From positions 4,286-68,285 of the forward strand of contig CAZXCP010000005.1 of NCBI GenBank assembly GCA_964639355.1: a stretch of 64,000 nt of DNA, read 5' to 3'. The position numbers and the translations under genes were made by a program. The first letter of the stretch is position 1. Each line of letters opens with the position of its first letter. Below, one piece after another: positions 46,651 to 57,600 of this stretch. Below the pieces are notes generated by a model. The model was not told where the DNA came from. It did not search any database and saw nothing but the letters and a program-made list of their open reading frames with translations. Origin of the DNA: an uncultured Ignavibacteriaceae bacterium. Lineage in GTDB: Bacteria; Bacteroidota; Ignavibacteria; Ignavibacteriales; Ignavibacteriaceae.

Positions 46651-49470
46651 TTACTTCAAAAGCAGCATCTTCTTCGATTTTACGAAAGAACCCGCTGATA
46701 GTCTGTAGATATATAATCCGCTTGCAAGTTGTGAAGCATCGAAGTTAACTGTGTAAACCCCGCGATCTTTTTCTTCGTTTACTAATGTTGCTACTTGTTT
46801 ACCTAGTATATCGTAAACCGTGAGAGTTACAATACCTCTTTGTGGAATTGAATATTGAATTGTTGTTACAGGATTAAATGGATTAGGATAGTTCTGCGAC
46901 AGTGAGTAATTATCTGGAGACAGGGTTAATTCATTTACTGATAGCGGGTTAAGTGCTATCTGATAATTTATCACTTCGCCTTGTGCTAAAAATCCTTCAA
47001 GCACCACTCCTCCGTATCTTCCTGAATCCTCTACGCTGACCATTACATAATAATCTTCGCCAAGTCCGGTTAGTTCAAGGTTGATAGATTCCTGCACTGA
47101 ATCGAAAACATAGCCCATTCCATCCGTATCTCCGGTCCAAATACTATTAGGTATTTCGGTAACAGCTCCTGTAGAATTGCTGTACCCAAGTCGTCTTCCA
47201 AGACCATCACTAATAAAAAGTTCTACGGGATCGCTGATCACACTTAACACACTAACAACACTAGCGGAAGAACCGGTTGAAATATCATTATCGGTAAAAT
47301 TTTGATCTAATAAATTCAATATATCCCTTTGCACTTGTAGATTTGAAACTAAGCCGGTATGATCGCCGCTGCTATTAGGTACCAGATTGGCTCTGCTGTC
47401 TCCTGAAAATTGATTTGCAGATGAAATGATTGGAACAGTTCCATCACCATTATTTGTAGTCTCTAAGTCCTCATACCAATCTGTTCCAGCAAAAACCGGC
47501 ATTGGAACCCAGTCTGTGAAGGACTGAACTGAAGCTAATTGAAAATCATTTCTTTTCTGAACGAGAACTTTCGTTGATTTACCGGTTCCATAAATGACAG
47601 TTACTTTAGAAGAATCTAAGAAATCATTCGGGGAACTATTTGGTGAAAGATCGTATCCGTCGTTCAGGTCTAATACAATTGTATTTCTTATTTCCGGATC
47701 TTCATTAACGTTATTAAAACCTCCACCAAGGTTTAAAAAATTATAAGTGGCCAACAAGTATCGTACAGTTGGCACATACATATCGATAAACAAGTTTAGA
47801 TCGGGAAGACCTTGGTTGAGAATTGAATGATAAGTTATGTTATGATCAGGACCATAAATTGTAAAACCGAATCGAATTTTTTGGTAGGCACGGTTAAGAA
47901 TTTTTGACAGAACGAAGGCATAAACCGGGTCAGCTATCCAGTTATCGTGTATCGGGTTCCAGGCTTTTGATGCCCCCCGGTTGGGAACGCCAATCATAAC
48001 AAAATTACGAATTTTGGGTAGTTTGTAATTTTCAGAAATATTATAAACATCTCCATATGCATTACTTTGAATATAAGTTCTGGTTACAAGTCCACCAGTA
48101 CTATGAGCTATAACATCAATTGAATCAAGATCTTCATCGTATAGCTCTCTCCATCTTTCGCTGGCTTGCTTAATATACCATCCAAGATAATCTACACCGT
48201 AATTGAACTGGTTATCAGTAATCGAAATACCCGATAAACCATCAATTTTACCATCAATATTATTATCGATGGGTCCCGGTGTCAAACGCCAATCATAGTT
48301 TACAACAAAAAGGGTAGTGTCTTTTTTGTAACCTACATTTTCAAAGGTTTTAATAATATCGTGATATACTTTTCCGAGAGGATCAATCTGGTAATTTTCA
48401 GGCGGTAATCCTCTGTTAAGTATCCAGTTTAAATCGAACAAAATATTTGATGAGTATGTACCTGCTATGCCTGGTACTATTAAAATGGGATACTGAATAG
48501 GTTTTAGTAAAAATGCCCTCCTCTGACCATTATAATATCCATCACCAACTATATGACCAAAATTATTGATTGCCATTGCATCCGTTAGTTCCCAGCCGGA
48601 GTTAGGATCGATCAGGTCATTTAGATTTTTAGTTTCACCATCTTCATAAAGGAATGCGGTTCTGCTGTTTATCCATTGAAATCCCACAACTTGTCCTGAA
48701 TCATTTAAACCCCAGGCACAGCTATTAAGTGCTTGCTTCGATTGGATGGAGATTAAAGTTCCGTTTTGCCAAAGAAAAGCCCTTCCGTTGTTATTGGCAG
48801 TCCGTGTTTGCCCAACTACCTGCCCCACATTATTAATTGCATAAGCATGTGTTATATTACCTCCTAAAGTTCCAATTTCAGTTAAATCACCATTATACCA
48901 TACAAAGCCCCGCGATTCCCAGTTTTGATTTGTGTAACTGCCGGCAATCTGTCCGGCAGAATTTACATCATGGGCTTGCCCATTGAAAGAATTAACGGAG
49001 CCATAAGTAAGGTATTGCATACTGCCATTCTGCCATTTCACAGCTTTAGACCCACCTGTATCTGCACTTGCCCAGCCAACTATGGTACCGGAGTTATTAT
49101 TTCCTAATGCTGCACAATTTTGAATATTGCCCGGTACATTTAGTAGTGACATATTTCCATTACTTGAAACAAATGCCCGATCATTAGAAGTATTGTTATC
49201 ATAGAAAAGACCAACTACTTTCCCTGAATCGTTAATATCCATAGCATCTACCCAGCCATCTCCTAAAGTACCAATAGGTATCAATTCGCCATTTTGCCAA
49301 ATGAAATTACTGCTTTGGGTCCCATCCCAAAATGATACCTGACTGGAATCATTTATGGCTGATGGTAAGGCACTAATGCCAAGGTCAATAACCTGATATT
49401 TTACCTGTGCGACTGAAATATTCAGTGAAATAAACATCAATATTATCCAATATCTATAAACAGAAATCAC
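46651..49470 (-). CDS. HAF-repeat / LCAT-type alpha-beta hydrolase (lipase) fusion with T9SS sorting domain
   Basis: N-terminal HAF-like repeats (IGTLG(D/G)..., RAFLW.NG). Central hydrolase domain has the YDWRL motif and nucleophile elbow AHSTGG. T9SS CTD. Confidence 0.8.
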   Translation of the reverse strand: MISVYRYWIILMFISLNISVAQVKYQVIDLGISALPSAINDSSQVSFWDGTQSSNFIWQNGELIPIGTLGDGWVDAMDINDSGKVVGLFYDNNTSNDRAFVSSNGNMSLLNVPGNIQNCAALGNNNSGTIVGWASADTGGSKAVKWQNGSMQYLTYGSVNSFNGQAHDVNSAGQIAGSYTNQNWESRGFVWYNGDLTEIGTLGGNITHAYAINNVGQVVGQTRTANNNGRAFLWQNGTLISIQSKQALNSCAWGLNDSGQVVGFQWINSRTAFLYEDGETKNLNDLIDPNSGWELTDAMAINNFGHIVGDGYYNGQRRAFLLKPIQYPILIVPGIAGTYSSNILFDLNWILNRGLPPENYQIDPLGKVYHDIIKTFENVGYKKDTTLFVVNYDWRLTPGPIDNNIDGKIDGLSGISITDNQFNYGVDYLGWYIKQASERWRELYDEDLDSIDVIAHSTGGLVTRTYIQSNAYGDVYNISENYKLPKIRNFVMIGVPNRGASKAWNPIHDNWIADPVYAFVLSKILNRAYQKIRFGFTIYGPDHNITYHSILNQGLPDLNLFIDMYVPTVRYLLATYNFLNLGGGFNNVNEDPEIRNTIVLDLNDGYDLSPNSSPNDFLDSSKVTVIYGTGKSTKVLVQKRNDFQLASVQSFTDWVPMPVFAGTDWYEDLETTNNGDGTVPIISSANQFSGDSRANLVPNSSGDHTGLVSNLQVQRDILNLLDQNFTDNDISTGSSASVVSVLSVISDPVELFISDGLGRRLGYSNSTGAVTEIPNSIWTGDTDGMGYVFDSVQESINLELTGLGEDYYVMVSVEDSGRYGGVVLEGFLAQGEVINYQIALNPLSVNELTLSPDNYSLSQNYPNPFNPVTTIQYSIPQRGIVTLTVYDILGKQVATLVNEEKDRGVYTVNFDASQLASGLYIYRLSAGSFVKSKKMLLLK

Positions 49471-49512
49471 TATACCTCCAGAAATTTATTTAAACAATTA
49501 ATTTTATAACTT

Positions 49513-52500
49513 TTACCTTATTACTAACATCTTCTTAACCTGGTTGAACGAACCAGCCTGAATTCTGTAAAAATAAATTCCGCTTGCAAGGGAAGAGGCA
49601 TCGAAATCAAGTTCATAATAACCTGCTGCTCTCTCTTCATTTATCAGCGTCGTAACTTTCTCTCCGGTAATACTGTATATACTTACAATTACATTAGTGC
49701 TTTCGGGAAGTCCGAATTTAATCCTTGTTGATGGATTGAAAGGATTAGGATAGTTCTGAAAGATCATATAATCATCAGGGATTTGGTTTGCCAAATCATC
49801 TATACCGGTTGGGTGTTCTACATAAAGGGTATAATTCTGAGTAATCTGATTACCGTGTCCATCATCTACCATTATCTCAACCGGATGAGATCCAACATCG
49901 CTTGCAGAAGGTGTTCCTTCTACTAAACCAGTGTTTTCATCTATATTTAAAAAGGTGGGACTTATTGTTAAACTATAAGTTAATGTATCGCCATCCCGAT
50001 CATCTGCAATAACCTGGTATTGATAAAGAGAATCAACATATGCGAGTGTATCAGGTGTTGAAGTAATTGAAGGAGGATAATTAAACCCAAAAATAAATTC
50101 ATCAGCACCAATATCAGGAAAATTTTCATCTCTTATATCACCATCAATATCATCAGTAACCCTGGCAAGCGGAGTTCCTGCACTATCCAATTCTGCCGCT
50201 CTAACATGAAGATTTGTTGATGACACAAACAGGGGATCAACAGAAATAGAGTTTGCATCTTTTCCACTTGCAGTCTGAAGTGCAGATAAGTCCGCAACAT
50301 TTGATCCCCAATAAGCATAGTTACTTCCTTCAGTGTAAATATCGTTAAAATCTGATTGTGATATCATTGAGGGAATAGTTACATAGTATGCATAGCCTGA
50401 ACCTTTGTTTACAAAAATATTGTTAACAAAGTTATTACCAGAACCGTTGTTCTGAACTGAAGAAGCTCTGCTGTTTGAGTTACTTCCGCTGTTAAGGTTA
50501 ACACTATTATAATAGAAGTCCTGGTTAGAAACACTGTTGATATTAAGTCCATAATTACCGCCGCCGGTAGATATAAAGTTATTAGCAATAAGACCCCGAG
50601 TACCAATAGGAGGACTACCGCCTGTAGAACTATTAAGATAAATACCGTGAGAATTGGAAAGAAGAAGTTTGTTCTTCATAATTTCCAGACCGCCGTCACA
50701 GTTCTGAAGATAGAAGGCATAACTTGCACCGCCGGGAAGTTGAACAGTATTCTGGTTAAACTTTGGTGAATCAGCATATCTTACCCTTATACCCATATAA
50801 GATCCACTAATTTCGTTGTTTATTATTTGCAGATCAGTTATAGCATAATTGGATAAGCCCTGGATATAAATAGAATAAGAACCACCGGAGAACTGGTTAT
50901 CTGAGATGTTCAGGTTTCGGATAAATGTATTATTACCACTAATAATAGCCAGGTTATCAGAAGAACCGGTAGTGGGGGAGCCGGCAATAATGTTGTTGGT
51001 AATACTGATATTATCGTTGTTAGCCTGTAGAAGAATTACAGTACCGAAAGAAGAACCGCTTGCATTATTAGCACCAAGAGTAAGGTTCTGAACAATAACA
51101 TTCTTTGCTTTTTTTAATCTTAAAACATAATTATCACCACTACCGGAGGCTGCATAATACCAGATAGCATTAGCAGGATTACCGGACTGTGACTGAATCT
51201 TAATAGTGTCATTATCGCCCTGCCCGGCAATTGAGAAAATCCTTGCATTTTCAAGATAAGTACCGTCTAACAGGTTAAAAGTAATTGAGCCAGACATACC
51301 CTTAAGCAGCAGTTCATCAGCAGCAGAGGAAATGTCAGAATAATCTCCGCCGGCACCAATAGTATAGAGTCCAGCCATAGGAGTAGTAGATGAAGGATCG
51401 GGAGAAAATTCATCAGCACCGATATCAGGATTATTGGCATCTCTTGGCTCACCATCAATATCATCAGTAACCCTGGCGAGCGGAGTTCCTTTAGCATTGA
51501 GCCAGGGAGCAATAGTATGAAGATCGGAGTTAGAGATAAAGTGCGGATAGACAGAAACAGAGTTAGCATCTTTACCGCTGGATGACTGAAGGTCGCTAAG
51601 ATCGGTTTTATTACTGTTCCAATAGGCAACAAAATTACCAAGAGAGAAGATATTATTATGATCAGAAGTAGCTATGGCAGAAGGACTGCTAGTGTAAATG
51701 GCATAACCATCGCCAAGGTTAGAAAAAATATTGTTAACAAAGTTATTAGCAGAACCACTACCTTCCATTGAGAAAGCTCTGCTGTTCGAGTTGCTTCCGC
51801 TGTTAAGGTTAACACTGTTGTAATAAAAGTCCTGGTTAGATACAGTTGAGATATAAAAACCGTAGTTACCGCCGCCGGTAGATATAAAGTTATTAGCAAT
51901 AAGACCCCGAGTACCAATAGGAGGACTACCGCCTGTAGAACTATTAAGATAAATACCGTGAGAATTGGAAAGAAGAAGTTTGTTCTTCATAATTTCCAGA
52001 CCGCCGTCACAGTTCTGAAGATAGAAGGCATAACTTGCACCGCCGGGAAGTTGAACAGTATTCTGGTTAAACTTTGGTGAATCAGCATATCTTACCCTTA
52101 TACCCATATAAGATCCAGAAACTTCATTACCAATAATCTCTAACCCTTCCATTTTATTATTTGTATTAACTCCTGAGAGGTAGATTGCATAACTTCCGTC
52201 AGTAACCGAATTGCCTGTTATACGCAGATTGTTTACAACGCTGTTAATACTAATAATAATCGCCTGGTTATCAGAGGAGCCTGTGGTTGTACCACCTGCT
52301 ATTAAATTATTATTTATTGTGATATCGCTTGATGGTGCACTTAATTGAAAAACACGGCAATGTGAACTTCCTGTCGCGATAAATGTAATATTCTGAAAAA
52401 TCATGAATTTTGCTGAGTCAAGTCTTATCACATAATTGTCACTAGTACCGGTCGCGTTATAATTTATTTGCACATCAGCAGGATTGCCGCTTTGTGATTG

Positions 52501-52797
52501 AAATGTAACAGTGTTTGATGAACTTACTCCGGCAATATTTCCGATTTGAATTTGTTCATTATAATTTCCGTTTAATATGTTAAAGGTTACCGCTGAACTA
52601 ACACCTTGTGCTGTTAGTGCATCAACTGCATCATTAAGAGTTGTATAATCTCCCCCGGATCCTATTGTATAGTTGCCGGATAACTGAGCCAAAGCACCGC
52701 ATTGTATTAATAGTACTACAAACAATGTTTTTAAAAGAAAATAATTTTTCTTCACATTACTTAAATTCGTTCTATTGATGTGATAAATACTTTTCAT
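49513..52797 (-). CDS. Right-handed beta-helix repeat protein (two ~437-aa units) with cadherin-like Ig domain and T9SS sorting domain
   Basis: Periodic I..N.I.G/GI.L beta-helix signatures. There is an internal duplication. PPSITSTPDTLAYVDSLYQYQVIADDRDGDTLTYSL is cadherin-like. T9SS CTD. Confidence 0.8.
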   Translation of the reverse strand: MKSIYHINRTNLSNVKKNYFLLKTLFVVLLIQCGALAQLSGNYTIGSGGDYTTLNDAVDALTAQGVSSAVTFNILNGNYNEQIQIGNIAGVSSSNTVTFQSQSGNPADVQINYNATGTSDNYVIRLDSAKFMIFQNITFIATGSSHCRVFQLSAPSSDITINNNLIAGGTTTGSSDNQAIIISINSVVNNLRITGNSVTDGSYAIYLSGVNTNNKMEGLEIIGNEVSGSYMGIRVRYADSPKFNQNTVQLPGGASYAFYLQNCDGGLEIMKNKLLLSNSHGIYLNSSTGGSPPIGTRGLIANNFISTGGGNYGFYISTVSNQDFYYNSVNLNSGSNSNSRAFSMEGSGSANNFVNNIFSNLGDGYAIYTSSPSAIATSDHNNIFSLGNFVAYWNSNKTDLSDLQSSSGKDANSVSVYPHFISNSDLHTIAPWLNAKGTPLARVTDDIDGEPRDANNPDIGADEFSPDPSSTTPMAGLYTIGAGGDYSDISSAADELLLKGMSGSITFNLLDGTYLENARIFSIAGQGDNDTIKIQSQSGNPANAIWYYAASGSGDNYVLRLKKAKNVIVQNLTLGANNASGSSFGTVILLQANNDNISITNNIIAGSPTTGSSDNLAIISGNNTFIRNLNISDNQFSGGSYSIYIQGLSNYAITDLQIINNEISGSYMGIRVRYADSPKFNQNTVQLPGGASYAFYLQNCDGGLEIMKNKLLLSNSHGIYLNSSTGGSPPIGTRGLIANNFISTGGGNYGLNINSVSNQDFYYNSVNLNSGSNSNSRASSVQNNGSGNNFVNNIFVNKGSGYAYYVTIPSMISQSDFNDIYTEGSNYAYWGSNVADLSALQTASGKDANSISVDPLFVSSTNLHVRAAELDSAGTPLARVTDDIDGDIRDENFPDIGADEFIFGFNYPPSITSTPDTLAYVDSLYQYQVIADDRDGDTLTYSLTISPTFLNIDENTGLVEGTPSASDVGSHPVEIMVDDGHGNQITQNYTLYVEHPTGIDDLANQIPDDYMIFQNYPNPFNPSTRIKFGLPESTNVIVSIYSITGEKVTTLINEERAAGYYELDFDASSLASGIYFYRIQAGSFNQVKKMLVIR
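50555..50806. repeat. Intragenic direct repeat, copy 1 (identical to 51866..52117)
   Basis: 252 nt read as identical base-for-base to the copy 1311 nt away. Flanks diverge immediately on both sides. Confidence 0.85.
51866..52117. repeat. Intragenic direct repeat, copy 2 (identical to 50555..50806)
   Basis: See copy 1. The offset of 1311 nt equals 437 codons, so the repeat is in frame. Confidence 0.85.
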
Positions 52798-52831
52798 TTG
52801 TTACTCCTTTTGATCTAAATTGATAATTCTA

Positions 52832-53176
52832 TTAATTATCTGTTATTATTTCTACAATTCTTGATAAATCTTCTTTATTCACAAATCCGGCTGCACCAAT
52901 TTTCATTGCTTCTGAAATTACTACATCATCATTGAATTGAGATACAATAATTATCTTTGCTTCGGGATGGCTACTTTTAATTTTCATTGTAGCCGATATT
53001 CCGTCCATCCTGTTCATTTTAATATCCATTAATACCCAATCCGGATTTTCCTTACTGTACAAACTCACAGCAAGATCACCGTCATCGCATTCAACAATAT
53101 TATTAAACAGATTAACACATATGCTTTTTAACATTTTTCTCATATCGGCATTGTCATCAGCTATTAATAATTTCAT
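52832..53176 (-). CDS. Single-domain response regulator (REC only)
   Basis: MKLLIADDNADMRKML...VLMDIKMNRMDG...IIIVSQ...AAGFVNK. Length is 114 aa. Confidence 0.85.
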   Translation of the reverse strand: MKLLIADDNADMRKMLKSICVNLFNNIVECDDGDLAVSLYSKENPDWVLMDIKMNRMDGISATMKIKSSHPEAKIIIVSQFNDDVVISEAMKIGAAGFVNKEDLSRIVEIITDN

Positions 53177-53230
53177 TTGATCTCTGTGATAATTAGTTAT
53201 TATTGGTTAAGCCTTTTTAAAAATATATTT

Positions 53231-53704
53231 CTACTTTAATTGCTCCAGCAACGCCGGAACTTCAAAATAGATTCTGCCTTTTTTTATCTTATCGTTTTCA
53301 AGTTCATAAATAACACAAAGCGGAACCCGAACATCTTTATTTGTTGCCTGAATACCTGCAAACTCGCCGATGTGTTTACCATAAAACTCTGCTTCGAGTA
53401 CTGCTTTGTTATCTTCAATAATTAAATTTTTAATATCGGCTTTTGCATCAAAAGCAATATGATATATATAGTTGAGCATCTCATTTACAGCTTCCGGACC
53501 TTTGTGTTCGTCACCCGTTGCCATGTTCGTAAAAACTACATCCTCTGCCATCATGCTTAAATCTGAGTGATTTGATTCCAGGTACTTGCTTAACACTTGT
53601 CTGGTTTGTGCATTTCGGTCTGGTGTTTGAGCAATAGCCTTCCACTGTAGTACAAGAATGATAAGCAAAAGGGAGGTTAACAAAATTTTATTTGAATGCT
53701 TCAT
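53231..53704 (-). CDS. Secreted SnoaL-like / ester-cyclase (NTF2-fold) protein
   Basis: Signal peptide (LLLIILVLQWKAIAQ). The body resembles the ester cyclase family (..DVVFTNMATGDEHKG..., GKHIGEFAGIQATNKDVRVPLCVIYELENDKIKKGRIYF). Confidence 0.65.
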   Translation of the reverse strand: MKHSNKILLTSLLLIILVLQWKAIAQTPDRNAQTRQVLSKYLESNHSDLSMMAEDVVFTNMATGDEHKGPEAVNEMLNYIYHIAFDAKADIKNLIIEDNKAVLEAEFYGKHIGEFAGIQATNKDVRVPLCVIYELENDKIKKGRIYFEVPALLEQLK

Positions 53705-53962
53705 GACTGCTCCTTTTTATTTTGGTTGATTGACTGGAACAAAACTAACTTTTGGGAACCCGAATGGAAATGAATGAATACCCTTAAATAGTATAGGTGG
53801 AAACCACTATTTTGATGAAGGGTGGGGGAGTGATTGCAAAATTACAAGATTAAAAGATGAAAGATTTTAATGAGGTTCAGATGAATTGTTGCACTGTATA
53901 TTGCGGTTTGTACAAATTAACAATTAAACAAATTGACCATTTAGCAATTAAATAGTAGTAGT

Positions 53963-54616
53963 TTAAAGGATTGCTTTATTATTTATCGCAAACTTAACAA
54001 GACTGTGGGATCCATGCAGGTTTAATTTTTTTGAAATGTTTGCACGATGGTTTTCAACAGTTTTATAGCTTATGAATAATTCTTCAGAAATCTGCTTTGT
54101 GGTTTTCTCTTCAGAAATAAGTTTTAAAATCATTCTTTCTGTTTTTGTAAGATCATTTACAGAAGGGGATAACTCAACCTTATCCTTAAATCTTTTTTCA
54201 CGTCTTATAAGGTATTGTGATATCATAGGACTTATATAATAATTACCTGAAGCAACAGTGTTAATGCAGTCAACTATATCATTCACAGCATTTTCCTTAA
54301 GTACATATCCGTAAGCTCCAAGATCCATTGCCTGGTTAAACATATCTTCATCTTTATACATAGTTAGGAATACAATCTTTACAGTTTTTTTTTCTTCAGA
54401 AATTTTTCTTGCTATTTCAAGTCCATTCATTTTAGGCATTTCTATATCAAGCGTAACAACATCAGGTTTATGTTCTAATAGCATACTGTAGGCTTCCTCA
54501 CCGTCTTTGGCGTCAGCAATAACCATTAGATCAGGTTCTGATTTGAGTACTGATATAAGTCCGCTTCTCATCAACGGATGATCATCTGCAATTAAAATTT
54601 TAATTTTATCTTTCAT
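53963..54616 (-). CDS. NarL/FixJ (LuxR-type) response regulator
   Basis: REC (ILIADDHPLMRSGL...DVVTLDIEMPKMNG) plus LuxR HTH (LTKTERMILKLISEEKTTKQISEELFISYKTVENHRANISKKL). Confidence 0.9.
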   Translation of the reverse strand: MKDKIKILIADDHPLMRSGLISVLKSEPDLMVIADAKDGEEAYSMLLEHKPDVVTLDIEMPKMNGLEIARKISEEKKTVKIVFLTMYKDEDMFNQAMDLGAYGYVLKENAVNDIVDCINTVASGNYYISPMISQYLIRREKRFKDKVELSPSVNDLTKTERMILKLISEEKTTKQISEELFISYKTVENHRANISKKLNLHGSHSLVKFAINNKAIL

Positions 54617-54636
54617 AAATTTTTTATGACTGTTAG

Positions 54637-57600
54637 TTATGGAACTGGTATTCTTATTGAAATAGCAGTACCATTTACCGGAGACGAATTAACCGAAAAG
54701 TTTCCATTTAAGATTTTGATTCTTTCGGAAATATTTCTGACACCGAATCCTTCAGAACTACTATCTGCTTTTTTAGTATCAAACCCTTTCCCGTTATCCG
54801 TTATCCTTATATGCAGGAAGTTGTCAATTAATTCCACTTTAACTTCGGCTTTTTCTGCTTCAGAATGTTTAACGATATTATTTACACATTCCTGAACAAT
54901 CCTGTAAACATTAATTTCATTTTCCTTACTGAATAAATTATCAATATTCTCAATCGAATCAATAAAATTAATTTTGCTTAAGTCATCCATCTGATTAAGG
55001 ATAGATTTAACAGCCTTTGTGAGACCAAGTCTGTCTAACTGATAGGGATGAAGATTATATGATATTCTTCTTATCTCATCAATAGCCGAAGAAGCTCCTG
55101 CTGAAATCTCATTGAGCTGTTCTCTTTCAAATTCCGGTTTGTCAGATTTTAAACCTAAGGCAGCACGGTTTTTTATGATAAGAAGATTCTGACCCAAACT
55201 ATCGTGTAATTCGGAAGCTATTCTTTTTCTTTCCTCTTCCTGGGACTGTATCAATCTTTTTGAAAATTCCTCCTGCTGCTTTTTCTCTCTTTTTAATGAA
55301 CTAACTCTTTTATAATAAATTACAGGACCTATTGAGAGGAAGAGTAATATTGAAACTGAAATGAACCACCATGTTGCCCAGAAAGGCGGTTTTATTATTA
55401 ATATTATCGAAGTTCCGACTTCATTCCAAACTCCATCGTTATTAGTACCTTTAACTTTAAAGATGTATTCGCCGGGACCAATATTAGTGTATGTCGCAAG
55501 GTTTCGGTTACCGGAATAAATCCATTCCTGATCAAAACCATCAAGCATATAAGCAAATAGGTTTTTTTCGGGAATTGTATAATCCAGTGAAGCAAATTCT
55601 ATTGAAAAATAAATATCATTATATGATAGGATAATAGTATCGACATAGGCAATGTTTTTATCAAAGTTTACTTCTTCATTTAGTTTTTTGAATGATGATA
55701 TTACAATTTCCGGGATAAATTTATTTTCATAAATTTTATCAGGATGAAAATAAGTAACGCCGTCAATACTTCCGAAATAAATCCATCCGTTTTTTGTTTT
55801 AAATCCTGCTCCGGGATTGTATTCACCAAGTGCCCCGCTGCTTTTGTCATAATTTCTTATTGTACCGGTTGCTGGATCAAATCTGGTAATTCCTCTAATT
55901 GTGCTTATCCAGAAAATTCCGTTATCATCTTCAATTAAATCTGAAATAAGATTACTTGCTAATCCATTCTCTTCAGTAAAATGTGTAAATGTTTTTGAAC
56001 TTCTATCAAACTTATTGAGACCCCCAAAATAAGTTCCGATCCAGAAATTATTATTGCTGTCAAAATATAATTTTGTAATAACATTATCGCTTATTGATGT
56101 GCTGTCATCAGGATTATTTGTAAAGTGAAGGAAAGTTTCTGTGGATTTATCAAATTTGTTGAGCCCGCCGCCGTAAGTTCCAATCCATAGAAAACCATCC
56201 GGGTCTTCACAAATTGACAGAATATGATCGCTGCTTAATCCATTTAAGTTTTCAGTACCATATCTTTTAAAGCTATTATTTTCTCTATCGTATTTGAGCA
56301 ACCCACCTCCGTTTGTTCCAAACCATAAAACACTGTCTTTATCTTCAAAAATAGTTCTGATATTTACAACTGACTCATTTTCCCTTATTAAATCTGAAAG
56401 ATCTACACGTATGAATGAATTGGCTTTTCTGTTAAACTTTTGAAGTGATCCGAAATAAGTCCCGATCCACAAATCACCGTAGCTATCTTCATAAATAGAT
56501 CGCACCATCAAACCGTGCAAACCATTTGGATCATTTGGATTACTAGAATAATGAAAAAATTTATTAATGGAGGGGTTATATCTATTCAATTCTCTCTGGT
56601 ATGTTCCAAACCAAAGCTCTCCCTGGTTATCCTCAAAAATTGAATAGATAAAATTCTTACTCAAACTGTTTGAATTCTGGGGGTCATGCCTGATGTGGAA
56701 AAATTTCTCCGGTTTTCTGTCTATCTTATTCAAACCTCCGGCAATAGTTCCAATCCATAATACACCTGATTTATCTTCAAACATCTTTCTTATATAATCA
56801 GAACTTATACTGGAAGGATCTGAAGGATTTTTTTTATGTCTAATAAAATTATCATATTCTGGATTATAGATATTTATTCCGTTTGAAAGAGTTCCTATCC
56901 ATAGTATTCCGCGGCTGTCTTCAAATATATCCCATATATGATTTCCACTTATAGAGTTTACATCATTACTGGTTTTGTATGTGACAAATCGCTTTGTTGC
57001 CGGATCGAATCTGCATAATCCTCCGCCATAAGTTCCGAACCATAAATTGCCGCGGCTATCTTCGGTAATACAAACAACATTATTACTGCTGATGCTATTT
57101 TTATCATCAGGATTATGATTGAAGTGAGTAAACTTTTCAGTTTCTTTGTTCAGGATTGATGCTCCGCCTCCATCGGTTGCTATCCATAAGTTGCTGTTAC
57201 TATCCTCAAATATTGCAAATACTTTGTTGTTACTTATTGAATAAGGATTAGAAGGATCATGTAAATGTCTTACAAAATTATTTTTATCTCTATTGAACCT
57301 GTTAAGTCCTCCTTCCCAGGTACCAACCCAAATGATGTTATTTCTATCAACATATATTGATTGGATGTTATCACTGCTTATACTTGTTGAGTCATCAGGA
57401 TTATTTTTATAATGTATAAAAGTTTCGGTTACCGGATCAAATCTGTTAAGACCGCCGCCGTCTGTGGCTATCCAGATGATGCCGTCTTTATCTTCACGCA
57501 AATCCCAAACATAGTTTTGAGCTAATGAATTCCTTTCTCCAATTTTATGCTTGTAAGTTTTAAATGAAAAGCCATCATATCTGCACAGACCCTCTTCAGT

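Noticed and set aside
50133-51917. Alternative-frame minus-strand ORFs inside the beta-helix gene (50133..50318, 50409..50606, 51267..51641, 51672..51917) and the plus-strand ORF 50906..51091
   Set aside because: All are nested within the 1094-aa gene. The pair starting MVLGVLLLITLYLPAAV is duplicated only because of the 252-nt repeat. The sequences are low-complexity, Leu/Thr-rich translations with no independent support.
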